A stretch of 64,000 nucleotides of DNA, taken from Octopus sinensis (taxonomy: Eukaryota). The notes beneath the pieces were generated by a model, which saw nothing but the letters and a program-made list of their open reading frames with translations, did not search any database and was not told the DNA's origin. Location of the stretch: positions 1 through 64,000 of the forward strand of contig NW_021833063.1 of NCBI RefSeq assembly GCF_006345805.1. Reading direction: 5' to 3'. Of this stretch, positions 12,685-22,871 are shown piece after piece (positions within the stretch are counted from its first letter, which is position 1; each line of letters opens with the position of its first letter). Both the position numbers and the translations under genes were made by a program.

Positions 12685-13241
12685 TGCCCTGATGCAGTAC
12701 CAGGCAGTGGCTGTCATGGTTACTCATCTTAACAGATTGGAAGTGTTATTATGTACATTGTTTTTTTCTTAGTATAAAAGATGGGCTACAGCAAATATTC
12801 TGCTCAATACCACAGATTTACTTGTTAGTTGTTTAACCTTAATCAGTTGAGCAAGTCCCTTAGTGACTGACGATATGTGCATCTCTGATCACGAGCAGAA
12901 GTAGTGGGGGAGAATCATAGCCGTGTGTTGAAAGGAATTCTTAGAGGCTTGGATAATTCACCTCTGGAAACATGGGTGGTTCGTTCAACATCCTTAAACA
13001 ATCCTTATTCAGGGACCTTTTGAGCAGGATGGGCTACTCGATCAGAAGAAAATTCTAACTGGGCCCCCACCTGCAAGGTCATGCGCTGTTTATCTTGATA
13101 TGAGATCACCATCTCGCGCACATATGGTTGTGATGCATGTGCCTGGTGTACCCTTATCAGACGGGTAGTCATGATGGGTATACTGGGCTTCGTATATTTT
13201 ACCCCAGTGTCACTTTGATGGCATGCACTGCTCTCTCACTC
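12685..13241. mobile_element. About 555-bp element E embedded in (AAT)n
   Basis: (AAT)n on both sides. A copy with the same two ends lies at 38153-38705. No TIR, Pol III boxes or long ORF seen. Confidence 0.8.
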
Positions 13242-13277
<36 letters not shown>

Positions 13278-13540
13278 CAAGGTTGAGAAACACTGTGTTA
13301 GAATCTTCGTGTTTAAATCCATCTGACCATGTGAGGATAATCAATCATTTGGAAGGATAAACTCAGGAATCCGAATTAATTGATAATGATCTTCGGCGGC
13401 AACAATTATTTGTCAATAAGAGGATTTGTAGAAAGGTTCGATAAGTTCATATCAATTGAAAGCTTTTAATATGGATCACTATCGGTAATTGGCGACCATC
13501 CATGAAGTTAATCGATACGGTTGACTTCTATGTATGGGTT

Positions 13541-14725
13541 TGTAGCGTAGCTGACATCCTCACTGTTTGAGAGATATATTAGAAGTGTTAGATAACAACC
13601 GTCTTCGGCTATTTGAACCCTGTTGTGTCCACTGCTCTGATTGGTTGGCATTGGCGCTGTTTGTCTCTTGACTTAATTCGCGCCAGTGTGTAAGCCAACC
13701 AATCACAGCCTTCAGATATAGTCCCGTGACACTGTTTTTCTTTGTCCTTGTTTGAGCCTACCCCAGGATTTATAAGGCGCCAGCATTCACTACTCCAGGT
13801 CTTTGGTTCCTGTCCTTTTCAGGACTAACCCTCTGACCACAGAGTTACTCAGCCATGTTCCAGCAACACCGCCTTAGGTTCCAGTCCTTCTCAGGGCTAA
13901 CCTCTGACTACAGAGCTACTCAACCAGTTCCAGTTCTGGCGACAGACGACCAGTCCAGCCAACGACGACGCTAACATACACCTGCAACGCAGGACGTCTC
14001 CATCACCGTCGCCATCATCTCAACCTATTTCTTTACTACCCACAAGGGGCTAAATACAGAGGGAACAAACAAGGACAGACATAGGTATTAAGTCGATTAC
14101 ATCGACCCCAGTGCGTGACTGGTACTTAATTTATCGACCCCGAAAGGATGAAAGGCAAAGTCTACATCGGCGGAATTTGAACTCAGAACGTGGCGGCAGA
14201 CGATATACCTATTTCTTTACTACCCACGAGGGGCTAAACACAGAGAGGACAAACAAGGACAGACATAGGTATTAAGTCGATTACATCAACCCCAGTGCGT
14301 AACTGGTACTTAATTTAACGACTCCGAAAGGATGAAAGGCAAAGTCGACCTCGGCGGAATTTGAACTCAGAACGTAGCGGCAGACGATATACCTATTTCT
14401 TTACTACCCACAAGGGGCTAAACACAGAGGGGACAAACAAGGACAGACATAGGTATTAAGTCGATTACATCGACCCCAGTGCGTAATTGGTACTTAATTT
14501 ATCGACTCCGAAAGGATAAAAGGCAAAGTCGACCTCGGCGGAATTTGAACTCACAACGTAACGGCAGACGAAATACCGCTAAGCATTTCGCCCGCCGTGC
14601 TAACGTTTCTGCCAGCTCGCCGCCATTTCTGCCAGCTCGTCGCCATCATCTCAACCGTCGCCATCACCACCGTCGACTTCACCAATACGTACACAGGTTT
14701 GTAATTCTGAAGCTCAGTAGCTACA
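13541..14725 (+). mobile_element. Putative solo LTR interrupted by a SINE B trimer
   Basis: TGTAGC...GCTACA inverted termini, mirrored CCAAT boxes, TATA-like TTTATAAG at about 13770 and an internal duplication of about 45 bp. No clean TSD. Confidence 0.35.
14026..14624 (-). mobile_element. SINE B trimer: head + 3 x (core-tail1), period 184 bp
   Basis: Unit starts at 14026, 14210 and 14394. An 18-bp direct repeat GTCGCCATCATCTCAACC lies at 14008-14025 and 14639-14656. Confidence 0.92.
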
Positions 14726-14881
14726 TGGTGTCATGATGTGCAACTAGCTGTGTACACCAGTTTTCTACTGTTATTTCATTTTGCTACGTTTAGCAATCTA
14801 CACACTGAACGTGTAGTGTAGACATAACCGCAGAAGTTGAAACTATAAAAAGCATTCTCCATAGAGCTGCAGTAGAGCATT

Positions 14882-15264
14882 CTCTCTTTACTTGTTTCAG
14901 TCATTTGACTGCGGCCATGCTGGAGCACCGCCTTTAGTCGAGCAAATCGATCCCGGGACTTATTCTTTGTAAGCCCAGTACTTATTCTATCGGTCTCTTT
15001 TGCCGACGAGGACGTAAACACACCAGCATCGGTTGTCAAGCAATGCTAGGGGGACAAACACAGACAAACACACATATATATATATATATACATATATACG
15101 ACAGGCTTCTTTCAGTTTCCGTCTACCAAATCCACTCACAAGGCATTGGTCGGCCCGGGGCTATAGCAGAAGACACTTGCCCAAGATGCCACGCAGTGGG
15201 ACTGAACCCGGAACCATGTGGTTGGTTAGCAAGCTACTTACCACACAGCCACTCCTGCGCCTAT
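14882..15264 (-). mobile_element. SINE family C
   Basis: Match to the C consensus. Confidence 0.9.
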
Positions 15265-15380
15265 AGCATTGTGGTGCATCTTTATGCAGGTAATATCACG
15301 GTCAGCGACATTGAATATCGAAATAGTGCACTTTTAAAGATAACTATGTGTAAATGACTGGACTGACGATTAATCTAGAC

Positions 15381-15780
15381 CAGGCCTGGCCAACTCGAAT
15401 TACATTGCGGGTCACTTTAATCACAGAAATTTTTTTGAGCGTCGCTTGTATACTGACAGAATTGAAAGCATTTTGCTTACTCATGCTATTATTACAACAA
15501 TAAATAAATGACCTTAATAGTTATCGCCAGGCAGTCCAGGAAAATAGGACGAATGCTGTTGATTAGCTCCAAGAGGCCATCGCCTCTAGCTAGCTATGTG
15601 TCACACAAACCTCAACGTTAAATATTTTCGTTGCAAAAACAGTATATATATATTTTTTGCTTTTTCTTACAACCTTTAATTTTTGATAAAATTTTAAAAA
15701 CATTTGTTTAGATAAATCCATTTCAAGAAAGTATCAAGCGGGCTGCATGCGGCCTGCAAGTCTCAGGTTGGCCAGCTCTG
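15381..15780. mobile_element. hAT-superfamily MITE (400 bp)
   Basis: TIRs CAGGCCTGGCCAAC / GTTGGCCAGCTCTG, subterminal GCGGGCTGCATGCGGCC, 8-bp TSD ATCTAGAC / ATCAAGAC (7/8 match). Confidence 0.8.
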
Positions 15781-16061
15781 ATCAAGACCAAATAACAAGC
15801 TTTTGAATGTCCGGATTTTTAAGTACAAAATTAACATTAAAGGTTATTAGAGTTACAAAGAAGGCGGCGAACTGCTAGAATCGTTCGTACGACGGACAAA
15901 TGCTCTGAGGCATTTTTTTAAAAGGCCCATTCACTGTTCACTTCCTGTGCATTATTCTATGTACTGTTCATGAACTTTTGGCTGCTTTTTTCTGATGAGC
16001 TGTAGTGCACTTGAGCACTATATACAATAAATTCATAATCAATATCATTATCATCATTATT

Positions 16062-16565
16062 ATGACGGCTTAGTGGTTAGGATGTTGAACTGATGATCGC
16101 TAGATCGTGATTTCAATTCCTAGACCAGATGGTGCGTTATGTTCTTGAGCAAAACACTTCATCTCGCATTGCTCTGCGAATGCTTCGACACCCGACGCGT
16201 GGTACACGGTGCACCTGTTCAAACATGGGAATGAGAACATCTAAGGTTTGAATATCAAGAGTTCCACCCGCAGTAAACCCTATGTGCTTGATGGCGGCAG
16301 TCCTCGTAAACAGTGAGGATAATATAAACCTCCTGCAGGCTATCGTCACAGAGAATACATATTGGACTGGACAAACGCTCAACCTGCTACTGCAGGCAGA
16401 GCAGAGGATTTTAGACCAGCCCCCAGAAATAGTAGAAGTAAGGGAGGAAGTCGAGAGAGATTGAGCTAATGTGCGGCACGAACATTTGATCATTAGAAAC
16501 AAATCGCTTGTGTAGGTCGTTCGGCAAAAGCTGGACTCTCATACATTATCTTCGACGGAAGAATC
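16062..16565 (+). mobile_element. CORE-type SINE carrying an extra segment of about 240 bp (16222-16462)
   Basis: Head, CORE and tail are homologous to 30385-30640, which lacks the middle segment. Confidence 0.55.
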
Positions 16566-16573
16566 CATCATTA

Positions 16574-16962
16574 GACGGCGAGCTGGCAGAAACGTTAGCA
16601 CGCCGGGCGAAATGCTTAGCGGTATTTCGTCTGCAGTTACGTTGAGAGTTCAAATTCCGCCGAGGTCGACTTTGCCTTTCATCCTTTCGGGGTCGATAAA
16701 TTAAGTACCAGTTACACACTGGGGTCGATATAATCGACTTAATCCGTTTGTCTGTCCTTGTTTGTCACCCTGTGTTTAGCCCCTTGTGGGTAGTAAAGAA
16801 ATAGGTATTGCGTTTGCCGTTACGTTCTAGGTTCAAATTCCGCCGAGGTTGACTTTGCCTTTCATCCTTTCGGGGTCGATAAATTAAGTACCAGTTGCGT
16901 ACTGGGGTCGATCTAATCGACTGGCCGCCTCCCCCAAAAATTCGGGCCTTGTGCCTAGAGTG
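16574..16962 (+). mobile_element. SINE B array: head-core-tail1-core-tail2
   Basis: Junction GAAATAGGTATT at about 16797-16809. Terminal tail2 GGCCTTGTGCCTAGAG. Confidence 0.88.
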
Positions 16963-17502
16963 GTTAATAATTTTGTGGGTGTCTGCCAAGTCAGCTGCCA
17001 GACGTCGGAATTTCAATGTACCCATGCCCGTAAAGATCAAGGGCAATATATACAGTAAAAATGAATAAGCAGAACCGTTTGAGTGCCGAATGAGATGTCT
17101 TACGGTATTTCTTCCGGTTCTTTGCGCTCTTTGGGCTTGGTCCATGGGATGTGATTTGTTGTCGAGCCTAACACTACGAACCGGTCTTTTGAATGTAACT
17201 CTAAGGAATATTTTCCATGTTTTTATTTTTTGCTGTCTGGTGAATAAAGTCTTTATGGTCATTCAAAAAACGAGAACAATTACAAAAAACAAGTGCTAAT
17301 ATTCCATTGAAAAAAGTCTATTGAATAAGAAATTCAATGTAAAGCTCGAAAGAGGAAAAAAATCTAAAGGTTTGAGTGGAATTTTTCGTTAGAGAATTCT
17401 TTCTGAAAATTTAGGCCTTTTTCTTTTCCGTCAAATTATTTTACTTTATTTCGTTTTTGGATTTGGTTTGCAAGATTCTTTATATGAGTTCGTGCGTTAA
17501 AG

Positions 17503-17975
17503 CATATTCTGTTGTGTCTGGGGAGAGTCATTTTCTTTTTGTGCCTTATAATGTAACACATCCTAAAATTTTCGTTACGTCTTGCAACCTTTTCAATAGT
17601 CAAGGTTGGAAGACGCAACGGATCTTTTCGGTTTGAACAGCAGTTTTATCTAGCGGTGTCATATGAAATTGTCACCCATAATTATGACCCTAGTATCGAT
17701 CTATTGCATTTCAATCTGTTTTAGGGTTGGGGTTAGGGGTGGGGGGAACGGTATCTTTTTTTCTTCACAAATGTAAATAAACCCAATCTGTTTCTTAAAC
17801 GAGGGACATATTCATACGGCACAGAATGTTTTTTTTTCAAACCGAAAAGATTCGACGCAACGAAAATTTTAGGATAATAAAAATAAGAAATAAGTGGAAA
17901 TTTTACCGGTGCGTGTGTTACATTATAAAGCACAAAAAGAAAATGACTCTCCCCAGACACAACAGAATATTTTAC
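17503..17975. mobile_element. Palindromic (foldback) MITE with TIRs of about 80 bp, hosting a Merlin-like MITE
   Basis: ATATTCTGTTGTGTCTGGGGAGAGTCATTTTC... is mirrored by ...GAAAATGACTCTCCCCAGACACAACAGAATAT. Confidence 0.75.
17620..17853. mobile_element. Merlin-like MITE
   Basis: TIR GGATCTTTTCGGTTTGAA, perfect 8-bp TSD GACGCAAC, internal TTAGGGTTGGGGTTAGGG. Confidence 0.72.
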
Positions 17976-18378
17976 TTTAGAATTGCTTACAAATCGTTTT
18001 TATTCCAGTTATTGGCATTACTTGTCAAAGGGAAATAACTTGTTATTGTGATACCAGTAATCTCCCTTCATTTATAATTTAGCGGGAAATAATATTACGT
18101 ACATTTGTGTTCAAAGAACTTGTGTAAGTTGTTTCTCATAATTATTATTTCTTTTTAATTGTAAGTCAAGATAACAAACTCAACCTCTGGTTTCTAACTG
18201 GTTAAATAGTTCATCATATTAACAATATAATGATTTGATATCATAGGAACATCGATAACTCTTCTATCTGTCTACACAAAATTGTATTTTCCACTCTTTT
18301 TGTATATATACAATTTATATTACTTTCTAACTCTGCTTGTGTACGTGTATACACACACACGTGTGTATATGTGTGTAA

Positions 18379-18465
18379 CGGAGGTAAAGAATACGCACGC
18401 CACCTGTTTTCGGCGTAACCCTAATTCTTACCCTAAACACCGGGTGTGCGTATTCTTTACCTTCG
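18379..18465. mobile_element. Mini inverted-repeat element with a CCCTAA core
   Basis: GGAGGTAAAGAATACGCAC / GTGCGTATTCTTTACCTTC around AACCCTAATTCTTACCCTAA. No TSD recovered. Confidence 0.55.
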
Positions 18466-18531
18466 CCACGTTACGAAGACAATAAGCACAGAAACAAAAC
18501 TTCAGGGAAGAGACAACTTTTAACAAATTTG

Positions 18532-18727
18532 GGCGATCCTTCGGTATAGGTACCGTAAGTACCGGAAGTGGCTTTGTTTACATTTCTGAAGATAACAGAA
18601 ACCCTTTTCTCCCACCCCTAACTGTAAACCTAACCCTAACACACCCTACCCCCCCCATATATATATTAAAAAAAAACACTTTCTTGAAATGTATCGGGTA
18701 CTTCCGGTACCTATACCGAAGTTTGCC
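18532..18727. mobile_element. Merlin-like MITE, second family
   Basis: GG-initial TIRs (CTTCGGTATAGGTACC...GGAAGT), 8-bp TSD CAAATTTG on both sides, internal CCTAACCCTAAC. Confidence 0.68.
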
Positions 18728-19167
18728 CAAATTTGTACATATGTTTAGTACTTTGCCGTTGTCATCTTAATAGTAAAACACTGCATACGTATACAATAAC
18801 TTTGGCAAAAGAGTAAGTTTTTGTAGGAAGCGTAAATTTTAGATAAAATCCAGTCTTTTGACCATGAACAAGTGTGTGTGTGATTTAAATACTAATTTTC
18901 TGTCTACCCTGTATAATATCGGCCGTAATAGATATACAATACTGTACATTTTGATTAATACTCTCACACACACAACACACACAACGTATATATATGTTAT
19001 TCTTTCTGGGAAGAGTCTTTCTCTTTCAGTACCTTAAATGAGTGGAAATCGAACCAGTAAGTGTTAAATAATAAGGCACTAAAAGAGAATGACTTTCCCC
19101 AAAGAATCTTGCAAACCAAATACAAAAACGAAATACATACATACACACATACGTACTTGTATGTATA

Positions 19168-19384
19168 CTCTTACTCTCTCTTTTACTTGTTTCAGTCATT
19201 TGACTGCGGCCATGCTGGAGCACCACCTTTAGTCGAGCAAATCGACCCCAGGACTTATTCTTTGTAAGCCCAGTACTTATTCTATCGGTCTCTTTTGCCG
19301 AACCACAAAGTGACGGCGACGTAAACACACCAGCATCGGTTGTCAAGCAATGCTAGGGGGACAAACACAGACACACAAACATAG

Positions 19385-19427
<43 letters not shown>

Positions 19428-19610
19428 ACGGGCTTCTTTCAGTTTCTGTCTACCAAATCAACTCACAAGGCTTTGGTCGGCCCGAGGCTATAGTAGAAGA
19501 CACTTACCCAAGATGCCATGCAGTGGGACTGAACCTGGAACCATGTGGTTGGTAAGCAAGCTACTTACCACACAGCCACTCCTGTACCTATATGCCACTC
19601 CTGCGCCTAT
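19168..19610 (-). mobile_element. SINE family C immediately upstream of the FANCL acceptor
   Basis: Match to the C consensus. Its 5' end is duplicated (GCCACTCCTG twice). Confidence 0.9.
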
Positions 19611-19644
19611 ATTTTTTCTTTTTTTTTTTTAGGGATGCTGTTTA

Positions 19645-19893
19645 ATGGATTTGTGGGAAGTATGTCCACAGATGGTTTGTATGAACAAAGAAGGCACATT
19701 CTACGATGGTTATATCGGTGTCATGAATCAGAATTTCCGCTTGTCTCTCACTCTACCCCCTGATGGTTCTCTCCGGGAAGCTGAGCTAAAGTTTCAGCCT
19801 GATCTTTACTATCTTTTAATTGAGCACCAACCATTGATCAAACAGCGCCTAAGCCAGTGCCCAAGTGTTACAGCTTTTCTACAGGAATTGAAG
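19645..19893 (+). CDS. FANCL: FANCL coding exon 1 (83 codons, N-terminal ELF domain)
   Basis: MDLWEVCPQM...FYDGYI...LIKQRLSQCPSVTAFLQELK aligns by eye with the human FANCL N-terminus (CPLL..YEGFI..QQRMQHSPDLMSFMMELK). Phase-0 donor AAG|GTATGT at 19893/19894. A polypyrimidine tract plus AG at 19631-19632 lies 12 nt before the ATG. Confidence 0.9.
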
Positions 19894-20070
19894 GTATGTT
19901 TGAACCATTTTTTTACATGTTACACTAGCTACCTTCATTCATCATCATCTTTAAAGCACACAAAACCATCATGCTGCAGCTAGGACTGGACCTTTATGGT
20001 GTTAGGCTAGTTTTGGCGAAATCAAATCCTGAACCTGTTATTGATGTTACAATGAAATTTTGGTGGGGTT

Positions 20071-20446
20071 TGGCACATAAAAAGCACCATCCGATCGTAG
20101 CTGTTGCCAGCCTCGCCTGGCCTCCGTGTCCGGTGGCACGTAAGAAGCACCATCCGATCGTGGCCGTTTGCCAGCCTCGCCTGGCCACTGTGCCGGTGGC
20201 ACGTAAAAAGCACCATCCGATCGTGGCCGTTTGCCAGCCTCGTCTGGCACCTGTGCCGGTGGCAGGTAAAAAGCACCCACTACACTCATGGAGTGGTTGG
20301 CGTTAGGAAGGGCATCCAGCCGTAGAAACATTGCCAGATCAGACTGGGCCTGGTGCAGCCTTCTGGCTTCCCAGACCCCAGTTGCACCGTCCAACCCATG
20401 CCAGCATGGAAAGCGGACGCTTAACGATGATGAGGATGATGATGAT
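20071..20446 (+). mobile_element. RTE-type 3' end with a triplicated unit of about 63 bp and a (GAT)n tail, in the FANCL intron
   Basis: GTTGGCGTTAGGAAGGGCATCCAGC...CCAACCCATGCCAGCATGGAAA...GATGATGA. AAGCAC recurs at about 20082, 20145, 20208 and 20271. A degenerate reverse copy lies at about 24240-24420. Confidence 0.65.
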
Positions 20447-20477
20447 CACTTTTAGTTAAGGTAGTCACAAGCAGGTT

Positions 20478-21047
20478 TATTGGGTTGTCCGCAAAGTTCT
20501 TGCCGATTTATAGCAGCTTGCCTTTCGACTTATTATAGAACATGGTCGAGTCCATAAAATAGGATTTGACTACACCTCCATTTAGAGCACAGTTTAAGCT
20601 ATCTTTTCATGGAAGAAGGCTTATGTTCCTATAACCTGTGTTAATTCTGTAACCCTTTAAAATGGAAGATAAGAAAGTTCATTTTCGCTACTTGATGCTT
20701 TGGGAACCAGACAAAAATTGCTGCAGCTCGGCTGGGATGTGTTACCCCACCCTCCATATTCACTAGATATTGCTCCTTCGGATTTCCACTTATTCAGGTC
20801 TCTGTAGAATAATCTTAATGGTAAAAATTTCAATTCCTTGGATGACGTAAAAAGATACCTTGATGAATTCTTTGCCATGAAACCACCTCAATTCTGGGAA
20901 GAGGGTATTTTCAAGTTAAAGGAAAGATGGAGACGCTTTGTGCAACAAAATGGTTCATATTTGGTTGATTAAAAATGTAATGTCAAGTATTTATTGAGCT
21001 TTTTCTTTCCTTTAAAAACCGGCACAAACTTTTCGGACAACCTAATA
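20478..21047 (+). mobile_element. Mariner (D,D34D) internal-deletion derivative, 570 bp, in the FANCL intron
   Basis: TA-flanked TIRs TTGGGTTGTCCG..AAGTT. Transposase start MEDKKVHFRYLML is joined to the C-terminus LGWDVLPHPPYSLDIAPSDFHLF...RW...NGSY. Confidence 0.9.
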
Positions 21048-21451
21048 GTATAGAAGTAATAGATGTAAAATCATCTGCTGCAGAATCTTGGACCGGGAGT
21101 ATTTTTAGTGACTGAATGATTGTGGTAATGAAATGTGCCATCACTTAATGATTCTGGTACAAGCATTATACTGTGCCTATTGAACACAGCTGTACTCAGG
21201 AGCAAGTGTGATTTTGGAGCAAAAAAATCATGCTTTTGCTAAAATTTTTTGGGTGCCTCTGTAGTTGTGAATAGACATAGACACATCACATCACCTGATC
21301 CTCCTACCTGTGATCCAGCTGAGCATCGAAGAAGTGACAGTCAGAGAGAGAGAGAGAGAGAGAGTGAGAGAGAGAGTGTGAGAGAGAGAGAGAGAGAGAG
21401 CTGTACTAGCACTCAGCTGAGATTCATTTACAGCAGAGTAAAGTGGGGCAA

Positions 21452-21682
21452 TCTCTATATATATAAACGGTAAAATGTCTGTGTGTGTGTGTGTGTCCGT
21501 GTTCTTTATACAAATCCACAATTTTTCAGTTAGAGGGATCACACTTTCTATGGTCATTCAAAACCGTCCAAGGATGGTCGTGCACATCTTTACATTTCCC
21601 CAGTCACCCTGCAAAGCCATTAAAAAATCAATAGAAGTGACAAAATGCCCGAAAGTTGATACGCCAATTGAATGCCAGCTAG
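21452..21682 (+). mobile_element. Non-autonomous Helitron, family H3, in the FANCL intron
   Basis: A|TCTCTATATATATAAA start and CCAGCTAG|T end. Confidence 0.6.
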
Positions 21683-22089
21683 TTGTAAGTGATTGGTCGG
21701 AGATTTGGACAGTACTTGCATGTATGTGCACACGCACGCAGCTGTATATGCATGCACTAGCATGAATTAAAGGGTCTTTCTTAAAGATACAATACATCAC
21801 CTAATCCAGGAACTGAGCCCACAACTTTTTTTATCGTGAAGCCATCATCCTTACCACTAGGTCAAATGTGGGCTCTTTGACTTAGTTTTTAAAAAATGCA
21901 CTATTTAGAGCACTTTGTCAAGGGGCACAACATGCATCACTTTGAATATATTCTGTAGCTGATGACATAAAAGACATCTGTTGTTGGACTCAGTATACAC
22001 CGGGGTTTTGAACAATGCCGTGTATACAATAAGTAACAATAAACAAAACAAATAATAAAAATTCCCCAAAGGTAGGGAGTTCTTTACAG

Positions 22090-22358
22090 GGACAACCAAG
22101 GAACCCCACACAGTCTGGTTATTCTAACCATCAGATGCACCTCAGTAGGTGCCTCTCTCCTTCTCAGCTCCTCCAGTTTACAAACCAAAGTTGAGAGTCG
22201 GCCCATTCTCGCAGGCCATCCTCACCACATTCACCCAGCTTTCAATAAATTTAACGAGAGGCAGAAATTCTCTCTCTTCTCTCAATTTGCTTTTAAAGTG
22301 GAACTTGAAAAAGTCGATGAGGGCTTGGCTGAAGAGATTTGATGTACCAAGTCTACTA
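22090..22358 (-). mobile_element. Tx1/L1-like LINE ORF2 C-terminal remnant in the FANCL intron
   Basis: SQALIDFFKFHFKSKLREEREFL...WVNV is homologous to the LINE end at about 40800-40920. Confidence 0.65.
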
Positions 22359-22366
22359 GCTTAAGC

Positions 22367-22782
22367 GGATCTTTTCGGTTTGAACAGCAGTTTTTAACAT
22401 AATTTCTAGGTAACTAAAAAATTTTAAACTTCGTATACTGGTAAAATGTGTTTATAAAACATCTTTTTCTCTTGGCTTTATTGAGAAAATTCTATAGTTT
22501 GTAAGATATTTGTTGTTTTTTTTCTTCAATTTCTGCAATTTCAACCAATCACTGATGTCTGTTCAGGTAAAAAAACATTCCGTGCTGTATGAATATGTCC
22601 CTCGTTTAAGAAACAGATTGGGTTTATTTACATATGTGAAGAAAAAAGATACCCTTCCCCTACACCTAACCCTAACCCTAAAACAGATTGAAATGCAATA
22701 GATCGGTACTAGGGTCATAATTATGGGTGACAATTTCATATGACACCGCTAGAAAAAACTGCTGTTCAAACCGAAAAGAAAT
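22367..22782. mobile_element. Merlin-like MITE about 90 bp upstream of FANCL exon 2
   Basis: TIR GGATCTTTTCGGTTTGAACAGCAGTTTT, perfect 8-bp TSD GCTTAAGC, internal CCTAACCCTAACCCTAA. Confidence 0.75.
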
Positions 22783-22871
22783 GCTTAAGCCTACAAATTT
22801 ATGTGAATGATCTTGAGATAAATGAATTTATAATAGAAAGAATTTAATTGGAAATTGTTTTTTTCTTGCAG

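Noticed and set aside
22660-22685. Interstitial telomere or chromosome fusion scar
   Set aside because: Only 2-3 CCCTAA units, always internal to TIR-bounded MITEs.
22848-22871. ORF-track N-terminus MEIVFFLQ of the 293-aa ORF
   Set aside because: It starts at TTG and is the polypyrimidine tract and acceptor of the FANCL intron. The real exon begins at 22872.
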